Below are positions 1 to 9,929 of a stretch of DNA of 64,000 bases, in pieces. The position numbers and the translations under genes were made by a program. Position 1 is the stretch's first letter. Every line of letters starts with the position of its first letter. The stretch comes from a virus. The stretch lies in IMG/VR virus record IMGVR_UViG_3300027792_000011. One strand, written 5' to 3'. The notes below the pieces were generated by a model. The model was not told the DNA's origin and searched no databases. It was given only the letters and a program-made list of their open reading frames with translations.

Positions 1-1
1 T

Positions 2-1045
2 ATTCTCCTCGAGCGTATAGTTCCTCTGACTGTCATCTTCCCCCAGCAAGCAAGTGGCACGGCTGATCCGTATACCACGATCAATCTTGTGGACTGGAAA
101 GACCACATCGCACAAGAGATTCAAAGATGGCGGCTGGATCGTAACTACATTCCAATCCTCCCACTTCCAATCGGCAATCAAGTCATCGGTGGCGATGGAC
201 GAGCGTTGCTCATGTCTCAAGAGATCAAGATCTGGAGTGATCAGATCATTGCCGGGATGGGTGTTCCGAACGAATTCATCTACGGCGGTCTCCAGTGGTC
301 GGGATCAAACGTGTCCCTTCGCATGTTGGAGAATCAGTTCATGCGGTACCTGTCCGGGCTGTTGCTCTTCGTCAAAGACTTTCTGGTGAGGGGTATGGCT
401 GCTCATATGGGCTGGCCGACAGTGGGTATCAGGTTCAAGCCATTCAAGATGGCTGACGATCTACAACGTAAGGCGTTCCTCTTCCAGCTCAATCAGGCTG
501 GTAAGGTGAGCGACACGACACTGATCAATGATACAGATCTGAATCCTGAAGAGGAGAACGAGCTGCTCCGTAAGGAGACCAAGACTCGTCTCGAATCTGT
601 GAAAACTCAGCAGATCGCGGAGGCAGAGATCTCCGGCGAAGCTGGGGTGATCAATGCGAAGTACCAGGCTAAAGCCCAAACGATCATGATGCAGGAACAG
701 CAACAGGCTGCAGCAGGTGCACAGGGTACAGCCCCCGGTGAGCCTGGTGAGGATGTAGGGTCAGCTCCAGTTGCGCCGCCACAGGGACAGCAACCTAGTG
801 GTCAAGAAGGCGGACAAGCCACGCTAAATCCTCTACAGCAAGTAGTACAGCGTCTTCGCTCGTTGAGCCCTGAAGCACAACGTACTGTGCTAACAAGGAT
901 TGAGCAGAGTAACCCACAGCTAGCACGTCAGCTTCAAGCTCAATTCAATCAAGGAGGGGGAGTTGACCCATCGCCTAATCCAGCAGGTCAGCCTCTTCCT
1001 ACGCAGCTCCCTCCACGTAGAGGAACAGAGTCTGCGATGATCTAG
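2..1045 (+). CDS. Probable portal protein, C-terminal part (5' end outside window)
   Basis: Frame is open from position 2. Segments SGSNVSLRMLEN and FKPFKMADD, followed by a Q/P/G-rich tail, resemble portals of large phages. Lies in a virion gene region. Confidence 0.55.
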   Translation: MLLERIVPLTVIFPQQASGTADPYTTINLVDWKDHIAQEIQRWRLDRNYIPILPLPIGNQVIGGDGRALLMSQEIKIWSDQIIAGMGVPNEFIYGGLQWSGSNVSLRMLENQFMRYLSGLLLFVKDFLVRGMAAHMGWPTVGIRFKPFKMADDLQRKAFLFQLNQAGKVSDTTLINDTDLNPEEENELLRKETKTRLESVKTQQIAEAEISGEAGVINAKYQAKAQTIMMQEQQQAAAGAQGTAPGEPGEDVGSAPVAPPQGQQPSGQEGGQATLNPLQQVVQRLRSLSPEAQRTVLTRIEQSNPQLARQLQAQFNQGGGVDPSPNPAGQPLPTQLPPRRGTESAMI

Positions 1046-1046
1046 T

Positions 1047-1091
1047 AAAAAAGAAAAGGGTGGTGCCTCTCCAAATTCTGAGGCACCACCC
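1047..1091 (-). terminator. Intrinsic terminator (possibly bidirectional)
   Basis: GGGTGGTGCCTC/GAGGCACCACCC stem, with a T-tract on the minus strand, between convergent genes. Confidence 0.75.
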
Positions 1092-1129
1092 GTTTACTTC
1101 AACCATTTACCTATCGGCTGACTACTCGA

Positions 1130-1222
1130 TCATTCGTCTTCTTGATCGAATAGCCACTCTCCAGCGCTCCCGGCCACTGTACTCAGATACGAGGCCACGA
1201 ACGCTAGAAAGAATAGGTACAC
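1130..1222 (-). CDS. 30-aa hydrophobic peptide (MYLFFLAFVASYLSTVAGSAGEWLFDQEDE)
   Basis: GTG start after a GGAAGGGAG RBS. It is the 3' part of track ORF 1130..1483. Confidence 0.5.
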   Translation of the reverse strand: MYLFFLAFVASYLSTVAGSAGEWLFDQEDE

Positions 1223-1256
1223 ACTTACTCCCTTCCTCCTGTTCCCGGAGAGTGAC

Positions 1257-1376
1257 TCAATACAGCTCCTCCTCCTCGTCAGCATAGTCGTCGAGGAGAT
1301 CATCCTCGACGCTATCCTCGAAATCTCCCAGCTCGTCACTCTCCGGGCACCCATCCAAGACGTCGTCTTCCCACAT
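1257..1376 (-). CDS. 39-aa highly acidic peptide (not in ORF track)
   Basis: Hand translation: MWEDDVLDGCPESDELGDFEDSVEDDLLDDYADEEEELY. RBS GGGAGAGGTG; TATAAG box upstream. Confidence 0.65.
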   Translation of the reverse strand: MWEDDVLDGCPESDELGDFEDSVEDDLLDDYADEEEELY

Positions 1377-1420
1377 ATGCACCTCTCCCTAAAGCGGTAA
1401 ATGGTTTCCCGCTCAATGAT

Positions 1421-1449
1421 CTTATAACTTGAGTTCTTGTGGTACTTGC
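1421..1449 (-). promoter_or_regulatory. Cassette-type promoter (TATAAG -10)
   Basis: TATAAGATCATTGA is identical to the -10/+1 context at 19470; the -35 is divergent. Confidence 0.55.
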
Positions 1450-1519
1450 AGGTGATTGATAGAGTGAAAGTCAACAAGAACAAGCACCTCTTAGAGGCTA
1501 AGATCCTTGATGACTAGAG

Positions 1520-4500
1520 GTGATGGAGGAGCAAGTGGCTAGACTGGATCCAGCTGAAGGCTTTGAAATACTGAAGAACCGGGTAAAAGAAGCTGTAGCA
1601 GAATCATTCCCCCACGAAGGTGCCAAGAACATACTCGAGCTCGAGAGTATCGACGTACCAGACAAGCTCAGTGTCAGTAACGTAACAGATCAGAAGTCGG
1701 CTAAGATGAATGGACGTACGTGGGGCGTTCCAGTTCATGCAACGCTAGTTCTGAAGGACAAAAAGACAGACAAGATTCTAGATCGAAGCAAAATCAAGGT
1801 AGCTACACTACCCAAGATCACTAATCGATATTCTTACATCGTTGACGGCTCAGAGTATCAGATAGACAACCAATGGCGTCTCAAGCCAGGTGTCTACACA
1901 AAGATACAGCAGAATGGAGAGCTGGATTCGTTCTTCAACATCCAAGGTCAGCCCCTACACATAGGATTCGATCCCAAGGAGAGATCGTTTGTGTTCAAGC
2001 ATGGAGGCGCCCAGCCCCCACTTTATCCGATCATGAGAGCACTTGGGCATAGTGATGGTGATCTGGAGAAGGCTTGGGGTAAGGACATACTCAATGCCAA
2101 CATGACCGACTCGCGTGGCAAGTTACTGAACGTAGAGAAGCACGCTATCAACTTTGCCAATAGACTTGATCCAGAATCCGAGGTTGATTCGCTCGACAAA
2201 GCGTCCGAGGTCATCAAGCAGAAGTTTGGGGAGTCCAAGTTGCACCCCGATGTGACGAGTAGGACACTTGGTAAAGCAATAGATCGTATTACTCCAGATG
2301 CGGTACTCAGATCATCCCAGCGTCTTCTTGGTGTTGCCCGTGGTACTGAGAAACCAGACGTTCGTGACTCACTCATGTACAAAGAATTCCTTAGCGCGGA
2401 AGACTTTGTTGGTGAGAGGATCAGGCAGAGTGCTCCAGTAATACAAAGAAGGATCGGCAACAATATTGATAGGCGCGATAAGATTCGTGACATCGTAGGC
2501 ATGGATGTATTCCAGCGTCCGATCAAAGAGTTCTTTTCCAAGGTGTCTCTCGCCTCTACACCAGAACAAACCAATCCACTCAAGATGATCTCCGGGCAGT
2601 TGCGCACTACTATTGCCGGTGAGGGTGGGGTCAAGGATGCTAACAGGATCACAGAAGATGCAAAGCTCATAGATCCTAGTCATTTCGGGGTGTTAGATCC
2701 TCTACACACTCCGGAGTCGTCCAAGACCGGCGTAAATTTACAGCTCTCTCTTGGTGCACGAAAGGTTGGGACCAGGGTAGAGATACCACTCATCAGCGTG
2801 AAGACTGGAAAAGTAGCATACCTAGATCCTGGAAAGATCAACGATTCGATAGTGGCACTACCAGACTCTGTGAAGAGAATTGGTGATCGATTCGTACCAA
2901 AAGAGGGAACAACAGTTCTAGTTAGCGCAGTTGGCAACGAGATCAAACATGTGCCAATGAAGGATGTGGAGTATGTGGTTCCAAGATCCAGTCAGATGTT
3001 TTCTATTGCGACCAACATGGTTCCATTCATTTCCAGCGACTCTCCCAACCGGGCGACAATGGCTGGTAGACACATGGAGCAGGCGATCCCACTCAAGGAC
3101 CCTGAGCCGCCATTGGTCCAGTCCGTTCTTGGTAAGAAAAGCTTCGACGAGCTGGTAGGATCGTATGCTTCTCATTCTGCTCCAATCAACGGCAAGATCA
3201 CGCAGGTTGGCAAGGATGTGATCCACATTCTAGGAGAGGACAAGAAATCGTACGCCGTCAACGTATACAATCACTACCCTGCCAATGACAAGAAGGGCAT
3301 GATCCATAGTACTCCGCTAGTAAAAGCTGGAGACCGAGTAACAAAAGGTCAAGTGATCGCAGATACCAACTTCACCAAGAATGGTATCTACGCACCAGGA
3401 AAGAATCTGGAAGTAGCTTACATGCCGTGGCGTGGCTACAACTTTGAAGATGGTGTGGTGATCAGCGAATCAGCATCTCAGAAGCTTACCAGTGAGCATC
3501 TTCTCAAACCCGGTCTGTCTACCAAGGAAGCAAAGCTCGTAAGCCCAAAGAAGTATCAAGCGTACTACCAGGATCGACTCAACAAGGAGCAAGCAGCAAA
3601 GCTGGATGAAGAAGGTGTGGTCAAACCGGGCATGAAGGTGAAGCCTGGTGATACTTTGATCGCTGCACTACAGGAGCAACAGCTCACTACGGAAGAGCAG
3701 AAGCTAAAGCTACTGCATAAGAGTCTGGTGAGGCCGTACAAGGACAAGTCAGTGACATGGGACGAGGACGTAGAGGGGGAAGTGGTCGAGGTAAACAAGA
3801 GGGGGAGCAGAGTGGACGTCCACGTCAAGACAGCGGAACCGATGGACGTAGGAGACAAGATCGTAGGACGCCACGGCAACAAGGGGATCGTGACCCTGAT
3901 CCTACCAGACCACGAGATGCCGAAGACGAAGGACGGGAGACCGATAGAGGTGATAATGAATCCGATCGGGACTCCGGGACGTATGAACATTGGACAAGTT
4001 CTCGAGACCGCAGCAGCTAAGATCGCTAGGAAGACGGGACAGACATTCAAAGTCACCAACTTTGAGATCGAAAACAATCTCGAGCATGTAGAGAACGAGC
4101 TGAAGAAGCACGGACTCACGGACAAAGAGACCATTATCGATCCGAAGACCGGAGTTGAGATACCAGGTATTCAAGTTGGTCCGCAGTACATCCTCAAGAT
4201 GGAACACCAGGTTGGGAAGAAGATGGCTGCTCGATCGAGAGACGCCTACGATCGTAATCTCGTACCAAAGGGTGGCGGTCCTCACGGTGCGCAAGCACTT
4301 GGATCGCTAGGTAACTACTCCATGTTGGCGCATGGATCGAAGGCGAATTTGCGTGAGATGATCACGTACAAAAGCGACAAATCCCAGGGCGGAGACAATG
4401 ACGAGTTGTGGACTGCACTCCAGGCTGGAGAGATGCTGCCGCCTCCAAGAACGACATTTGCCTATGAGAAGTTCAACTCCTATCTGAAAGCGATGGGAGT

Positions 4501-7500
4501 GAACACAGAGAAAGACGGCAATAGCCTCAATCTCGTTCCTTTGACCGACAAGCACGTGCTCGAGATGTCCAACGGAGAGCTCAAGGACGCTGGCCGCGTT
4601 GTGAAGATGCGGACGCTCCAACCCGAAAAGGGCGGACTCTTCGATCAAAAGATCACAGGCGGTAGTGATGGTACCAACTGGTCCCACATTACTCTGTCGG
4701 CACCAATGCCCAATCCTCTTTTTGAAAAAGCGGTCATGAGCGTGGCGAATATCCGTGGCCCTCAGTTCGACAAGATCATAAACGGGGCAGCTGGTGTGAC
4801 CAAGGACGGGATCATAATAGAAGGTACTGGAGCAAAGGGTGCTACGTACGGTCCAACAGCTATTGGCCACTTGTTGGCCAAAGTAGACGTGAAGAAAGAT
4901 CTAGCTACCGAAGAAGCAAGGATACAAGGATTGAAAGGTCAGCTGCAGAGCGAATCGAGACGAAAGGTCAAATACCTCAGAGCGCTGGACAAGCTCGGTA
5001 TGAAGCCGACCGAAGCGTACATGATGAACCATGTACCAGTGCTACCCCCCAACATGCGACCAATAGCACTCTTGGACGATGGAAGCTTGCAAACAGATGA
5101 TCTCAACGAGATCTACAAGCAGCTTGCGATCGTCAACAACAAGCATGCCGAGTTTCCAGTAGGTACACCTCAATCCCTCAAGGCCCCTCTACAGGCTGAC
5201 ATCTACGATCACTTGAAAGCGCTCACTGGTCTAGGTGGCACACTGAATAGGAAGCATCCTGGCATACTAGATGTTCTGGCCGGAAGAGAAGGACCCAAGA
5301 CCAGCTTCGTGCAGGACGTACTTATCAAGCGCAAGCAGGATCTCACTATGAGGTCGACGATTGTCCCAGAACCTTCGCTCTCCTTGGACGAAGCAGAGAT
5401 ACCAAGGAAGGCAGCGAAGGAAATGTACAAGCCATTCATTGTTCGCGAGCTGAAACGTACTGCCGGAGCTACACCCCTAGCAGCTAAGAAGATGATCGAT
5501 GAAGATGATCCTCTTGCTCGTAAAGCGCTAGATCGAGTAGTCGCAGAGAGACCAATCCTCTTGAAAAGGGACCCAGTTCTACATAAGTATGGCATTCAGG
5601 CTTTCAAGCCAAAATTGGTGGATGGCAAGGCGATCAAGATCCATCCTTTGGTTTGTTCTGGTTTCAATGCGGATTTTGATGGTGATGCAATGTCTGCCTA
5701 CGTCCCGATCACAGCTGAGGCAGTGAAGGAAGCTGAGCAGATGTTTCCATCTAGGAATCTATTCTCACCTGCAACTGGATCGGTTATGTACACTCCCGGT
5801 CATGAAGCACAGGTTGGTCTGTTCATGATGGCTGATGTTGGCAAGCATACGAATCTGCATTTCAAAGATCATGCTGAAGCTGAACAGGCAGTGAAAGCCA
5901 GAAAGATAAGTCCCAATGATCTGATCTTTATCGGCAGTGTGAAAACTACTTACGGTAGATCACAACTCAACAATCTACTTCCTCCAGAGCTGCAGGGAGG
6001 TAAGCTGCTGACTGATCTCAACTTCAGGCTCACCAAGAGTGAACAAGAGAAGCTATTCAATGCTATGGCCAATATAGATCGTGCTTCGTATCCAGCCGCG
6101 ATCAACAAGATGAAAGACTTTGGTAACGAAGCAGCAACGATGGGTGGCTTCAGCTTTGGTCTTAGCGATTTCAAAGTGCACAAAGACATTCGCGATCCAG
6201 CACTGAAGCTGGCAGAAACTAAGGCAGCTAAGCTCGATCTATCCAAGAAGGACCAGCTCAACAAGTACATCGACATCTACGAAGGTGCTATGAAAGAGAT
6301 CGATGCAAAGCTCAAGCAGCGTATGGAAGATCCCAAGTACCAGACCAATCTTGTAAAGCTGGAGATCGCAGCTGGTATCAAAGGTAAAGGTCTTCGACAG
6401 CTAACTGCAGCTCCAGTGCTTTTCGTGGACGGTAAGAGTGAAGTGGTAACAAGCCCTGTGAAGAAGTCCTATTCAGAGGGTCTGTCCTCTGGTGACTATT
6501 GGACTGCTACCAGTGGTGGCAGGAAGGGTGCGATCCAGAGAGTTCAATCTGTCAGTGAGCCGGGATACCTTACTAAGCAAATGGCCAATAGCACTATGGA
6601 CATGTTGGTTGCGGCTCACGATTGTGGAACATCTAGAGGGATCAGTCTCTCAGTGGATGAGCCGGATGTCATAGGCAGGTACACAGTTGCTGATCTAAAA
6701 TTGCATAGAGATCTTGTTCCTGCTGGTACTCTGATCACTCCTGAGATCATGACCAGAATCAAGAATGCTAAGATCGATAAGGTGGTTGTTAGATCACCTA
6801 TGCGCTGTGTACACGGTAAAGGTGTGTGCGCAATGTGCATGGGTCTCAGTGAGAATGGTCGGCTAAATGATCTGGGTACAAACGTCGGTATCCTAGCTAC
6901 CCAGTCGATTGGTGAACGTGGAACACAGCTTGCCATGAAAGCATTCCATAGTGGCGGTGTCTACGAAGGAAGAGAGGCTGCTTCTAAATCAATCGCAGCT
7001 AGTGGTCTTGATCGAGCTGTCAACATTCTGAATCTACCACAGAAGATCAAGGGCTCTGCGGTTCTCTCTACCGCCATGGGTAGAGTGAACAAGATCGATA
7101 AGGATCCAGCTGGTGGTGTGCGGATCAATATCAACGACAAGCAACACTACGTTCCAGCAGATCGTTCGTTGCTGGACAAGATTCGTGTTGGATCGCAGAT
7201 CAAGAAAGGCGATCCTATTACGGATGGTCCAGTCAATCCACACGAGCTGCTACCGCTGACCAACATGAGCAAGGTGCAAGGTCACCTAGCTGGAGAGCTG
7301 CACTCGATCTACGGTCAGTATGGTATCAAGAGGCGACACTCTGAGCTTTTGGTGAAGGCACTGTCCAATGTGACCAAGGTAGAGAATCCTGGAGACCATC
7401 CTGATCTACTACCAGGAGACTTCACGAGCACCACTCAGGTCTACGAGTGGAACAAACAGAACTCGCAATCCAAACCTGTGCTACATACTCCAGTGCTACG

Positions 7501-7696
7501 CGGTGTGAAAACGATACCGCTAGATGTACAGGAAGACTGGATGGCTCGATTGAACCACGAGCATCTGAAGAGTACGCTTATTGAGGCAGCGCAGCAGGGA
7601 TGGCAAAGCAATCTGCATGGCATGAATCCGATCCCAGCTCTCATGCACGGAGCTGAATTCGGTAAGGGAACCAAGAAAGAGCCATGGGCGTACTAA
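1520..7696 (+). CDS. rpoBC: Phage-encoded multisubunit-type RNA polymerase, fused beta-beta' single chain
   Basis: Beta motifs GYNFEDGVVISE, GDKIVGRHGNKG and NPIGTPGRMNIGQ, followed by beta' motifs VLPPNMRP, RDPVLH, NADFDGD (5666-5686), RSPMRC..CAMC and QSIGERGTQLAMKAFHSGG. Confidence 0.95.
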   Translation: MMEEQVARLDPAEGFEILKNRVKEAVAESFPHEGAKNILELESIDVPDKLSVSNVTDQKSAKMNGRTWGVPVHATLVLKDKKTDKILDRSKIKVATLPKITNRYSYIVDGSEYQIDNQWRLKPGVYTKIQQNGELDSFFNIQGQPLHIGFDPKERSFVFKHGGAQPPLYPIMRALGHSDGDLEKAWGKDILNANMTDSRGKLLNVEKHAINFANRLDPESEVDSLDKASEVIKQKFGESKLHPDVTSRTLGKAIDRITPDAVLRSSQRLLGVARGTEKPDVRDSLMYKEFLSAEDFVGERIRQSAPVIQRRIGNNIDRRDKIRDIVGMDVFQRPIKEFFSKVSLASTPEQTNPLKMISGQLRTTIAGEGGVKDANRITEDAKLIDPSHFGVLDPLHTPESSKTGVNLQLSLGARKVGTRVEIPLISVKTGKVAYLDPGKINDSIVALPDSVKRIGDRFVPKEGTTVLVSAVGNEIKHVPMKDVEYVVPRSSQMFSIATNMVPFISSDSPNRATMAGRHMEQAIPLKDPEPPLVQSVLGKKSFDELVGSYASHSAPINGKITQVGKDVIHILGEDKKSYAVNVYNHYPANDKKGMIHSTPLVKAGDRVTKGQVIADTNFTKNGIYAPGKNLEVAYMPWRGYNFEDGVVISESASQKLTSEHLLKPGLSTKEAKLVSPKKYQAYYQDRLNKEQAAKLDEEGVVKPGMKVKPGDTLIAALQEQQLTTEEQKLKLLHKSLVRPYKDKSVTWDEDVEGEVVEVNKRGSRVDVHVKTAEPMDVGDKIVGRHGNKGIVTLILPDHEMPKTKDGRPIEVIMNPIGTPGRMNIGQVLETAAAKIARKTGQTFKVTNFEIENNLEHVENELKKHGLTDKETIIDPKTGVEIPGIQVGPQYILKMEHQVGKKMAARSRDAYDRNLVPKGGGPHGAQALGSLGNYSMLAHGSKANLREMITYKSDKSQGGDNDELWTALQAGEMLPPPRTTFAYEKFNSYLKAMGVNTEKDGNSLNLVPLTDKHVLEMSNGELKDAGRVVKMRTLQPEKGGLFDQKITGGSDGTNWSHITLSAPMPNPLFEKAVMSVANIRGPQFDKIINGAAGVTKDGIIIEGTGAKGATYGPTAIGHLLAKVDVKKDLATEEARIQGLKGQLQSESRRKVKYLRALDKLGMKPTEAYMMNHVPVLPPNMRPIALLDDGSLQTDDLNEIYKQLAIVNNKHAEFPVGTPQSLKAPLQADIYDHLKALTGLGGTLNRKHPGILDVLAGREGPKTSFVQDVLIKRKQDLTMRSTIVPEPSLSLDEAEIPRKAAKEMYKPFIVRELKRTAGATPLAAKKMIDEDDPLARKALDRVVAERPILLKRDPVLHKYGIQAFKPKLVDGKAIKIHPLVCSGFNADFDGDAMSAYVPITAEAVKEAEQMFPSRNLFSPATGSVMYTPGHEAQVGLFMMADVGKHTNLHFKDHAEAEQAVKARKISPNDLIFIGSVKTTYGRSQLNNLLPPELQGGKLLTDLNFRLTKSEQEKLFNAMANIDRASYPAAINKMKDFGNEAATMGGFSFGLSDFKVHKDIRDPALKLAETKAAKLDLSKKDQLNKYIDIYEGAMKEIDAKLKQRMEDPKYQTNLVKLEIAAGIKGKGLRQLTAAPVLFVDGKSEVVTSPVKKSYSEGLSSGDYWTATSGGRKGAIQRVQSVSEPGYLTKQMANSTMDMLVAAHDCGTSRGISLSVDEPDVIGRYTVADLKLHRDLVPAGTLITPEIMTRIKNAKIDKVVVRSPMRCVHGKGVCAMCMGLSENGRLNDLGTNVGILATQSIGERGTQLAMKAFHSGGVYEGREAASKSIAASGLDRAVNILNLPQKIKGSAVLSTAMGRVNKIDKDPAGGVRININDKQHYVPADRSLLDKIRVGSQIKKGDPITDGPVNPHELLPLTNMSKVQGHLAGELHSIYGQYGIKRRHSELLVKALSNVTKVENPGDHPDLLPGDFTSTTQVYEWNKQNSQSKPVLHTPVLRGVKTIPLDVQEDWMARLNHEHLKSTLIEAAQQGWQSNLHGMNPIPALMHGAEFGKGTKKEPWAY

Positions 7697-8451
7697 ACAC
7701 CAAGTTTCGTTTCGTCAGTGAGCAGAAGCTGGACGATCTCGGAATCCGGGATTATCAGCGCGGGGCACGACATCTTATCGCAGTGGACGATAAGGACAAG
7801 TTCGTCGGCTACGCAGGTAAGAACAAGGACGAGCTGGTGGGACTCTATGTGCGTCCGCCTCATCGGCGACAGGGAGTGGCTACACAGCTACTCGATCGTC
7901 TTGGAGGTATTCGTACCATAGAGACCGACACTGCAGACAAACGGGCTCGCAGTTTCTATCAGTCTCGTGGATTTTCTCCGACCGAATCTCATGGAAAGAT
8001 ATTGATCATGGCGAAGACCGCAATGCTCATTGGACTATCAGATGGGCTGTGCGAGGCAGATGACTATAAAGGTAAAACAATGAACGAGTATGATCAGATC
8101 ATGTACCAATCCTTCTTTGACGAGATGTCTGCTCTTGAGAAGCAAGGCATCCTATCAAAGCTGGCGGCAGCTCCAGGATTCCTAAGCCAGTTGTGGCGAG
8201 GTGGAAAGCAACTGGTCAGGAATCCAGGAAGTTCGGGTACTGCAATGTCTAAAGCATGGCAACGTGGTGTCGCCAAAGCAGCTCCAGATGCTGGAGGATG
8301 GTCCAAAGGATGGTCTGGCCTGAAGGGTGTTGCTGGAACTCCACAAGGCAAGGCTGCGCTAGTAGGAGCAGGAGGAACACTTGCTGGGGCAGGTGGAGCT
8401 GGATATCTGCTAGGACGTGGTGGACAGAACCAGAATGTGTACGTGAGGTAG
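7684..8451 (+). CDS. GNAT acetyltransferase domain fused to a K-x-A/Gly-rich virion-type module
   Basis: LYVRPPHRRQGVATQLL (GNAT motif A) and ARSFYQSRGF. C-terminal half has SFFDEMSALEKQG and a Gly-rich hydrophobic end. Possible internal start at 8080. Confidence 0.7.
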   Translation: MGVLNTKFRFVSEQKLDDLGIRDYQRGARHLIAVDDKDKFVGYAGKNKDELVGLYVRPPHRRQGVATQLLDRLGGIRTIETDTADKRARSFYQSRGFSPTESHGKILIMAKTAMLIGLSDGLCEADDYKGKTMNEYDQIMYQSFFDEMSALEKQGILSKLAAAPGFLSQLWRGGKQLVRNPGSSGTAMSKAWQRGVAKAAPDAGGWSKGWSGLKGVAGTPQGKAALVGAGGTLAGAGGAGYLLGRGGQNQNVYVR

Positions 8452-8454
8452 TAC

Positions 8455-9642
8455 GTGCCTAGAGCTCACCGCAACTCGATGATCCAAAGGGGTGTGAACC
8501 CCGTCGTGATCGAGGAGGGTAGGATCATCAACGTAGACATGGTCCATTGGACCGTTGATGTCCGAACCACCCATTCGCAGAGACAACTGCTAGACATGCA
8601 AGTTGGCGCACCCTATCTGCACTTCGCTGCTGGTGAAGGCATCTATGCCATGCCGGAAGTGGGCGCCAAGGTCAAAACGTGCAGCCCTAGCGATAGTCCT
8701 CCGTTCATTCTTTGCTTCATCACTACATTCGAGCGAGAGGGTCAACCTGCTTCAGACGAGGGAGAGGCCGCTACTCGTCCAACTGTCGAAACTAGTGAGA
8801 ACGGTGATGCACCATCAGAGGTCACGTATCGATCAGGAAGACCAAAGCTCCAGCAAGGTGACATCATGCTTCGCTGCCGAGATGGTAACCAGATCTGGCT
8901 ACATCGAGGTGGTGTGATAGAGATCGGTGCTACATGGATCGCTAAGCGGTTCTACATACCTCTTCTCAATACGATCAGAGACATTGCCGAGAATTGGGAG
9001 GCTCTGACTCTAGCCGGAGATATGACGTGGCATATCGAACGATCAGATTCCAGCCAACCAAGCGAATCACGTCAAGACGAAGCTACTTTCACTCTGCTAG
9101 CGAAGAACCTAGCTCAGGATCAGTATGCTACTGTCCTAGTCCGAGCTGGACATGTAGACGATACAAAGCGCTTCAGGATAGCTGTTGCGCCAAACGCGAT
9201 AGACACCAGGACTGGGGATGTGAGAAGTGGCGCAGTCTATACCATGGACGTGGACGAGGAAGGCAGCCTCGACGTCACCATTGAGAAGGATGTAACGATC
9301 AATATCAATGGTGAGTTGGATCAAACAGTCAACGGCAATGCACAGCTTACGTACAACTCTGATCTTACAGAAACAGTCAGTGGCAACCACGAAGAGACTA
9401 TCAGTGGGAGACACAGGCTCGAGGCAGCCACTAGTGAGGAACGTATCAATGGATCCAAGACCATTACGTCTCCAATGATCAAGCTTGGTGGAGCTGGTGC
9501 TGCTACTCCTCTTGTACTAGCGAGCGTACCGGTGATCCAATTTCTTGGGTACCACACCCATGTGGTGGTCGGAAGTACGACGCAGGGTCCAATTCCTCCA
9601 GTGGTAGCGGGATTCAAAACTACCAAGGTGAGCGGGGAGTGA
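8455..9642 (+). CDS. Baseplate central spike (gpV/gp5-like)
   Basis: N-terminal OB-fold-like part (YAMPEVGAKV), beta-helix repeats (ETVSGNHEETISG), C-terminal H-x-H (YHTH) tip motif. Confidence 0.7.
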   Translation: MPRAHRNSMIQRGVNPVVIEEGRIINVDMVHWTVDVRTTHSQRQLLDMQVGAPYLHFAAGEGIYAMPEVGAKVKTCSPSDSPPFILCFITTFEREGQPASDEGEAATRPTVETSENGDAPSEVTYRSGRPKLQQGDIMLRCRDGNQIWLHRGGVIEIGATWIAKRFYIPLLNTIRDIAENWEALTLAGDMTWHIERSDSSQPSESRQDEATFTLLAKNLAQDQYATVLVRAGHVDDTKRFRIAVAPNAIDTRTGDVRSGAVYTMDVDEEGSLDVTIEKDVTININGELDQTVNGNAQLTYNSDLTETVSGNHEETISGRHRLEAATSEERINGSKTITSPMIKLGGAGAATPLVLASVPVIQFLGYHTHVVVGSTTQGPIPPVVAGFKTTKVSGE

Positions 9643-9929
9643 TCATGTCATTGAATGCTACCAAACTGGAGAGAAGAATCATTAGCATCTTCCGGGCGAC
9701 CGTACGTTCGCTGTATCCTGATGTGGTGAGAAGCGTAACGGTTCGTGAGATTCCAAAAACTGATGGAACCATGGACCACGAGGTCACGGAGAATCGTGGC
9801 CCACTAGAAATAGAAGAGAAGCACCTTATCCCCCTGGCTCGGGCAATAGCCCAAGCTGTGGTAGAAGAGATCAAGTCGGGAGCTGAAGTGAATGACGCTG
9901 CAGCAGCCCAGACCTGGAGGATCAAATGA
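9639..9929 (+). CDS. Hypothetical protein (baseplate-adjacent)
   Basis: Overlaps both neighbours by 4 nt (translational coupling). Confidence 0.6.
   Translation: MIMSLNATKLERRIISIFRATVRSLYPDVVRSVTVREIPKTDGTMDHEVTENRGPLEIEEKHLIPLARAIAQAVVEEIKSGAEVNDAAAAQTWRIK

Noticed and set aside
1130-1483. 117-aa track ORF
   Set aside because: It spans a promoter and the acidic peptide in another frame. Only the last 30 codons have an RBS.
2023-7674. Many antisense ORFs within the RNAP and other long genes
   Set aside because: Shadow ORFs with S/L/F-rich composition and no RBS.
1520-7696. Bacterial rpoB-rpoC locus, or an intein-containing RNAP
   Set aside because: Flanked by phage virion genes, not ribosomal protein genes. 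It is shorter than cellular beta + beta', and no intein motifs were seen.
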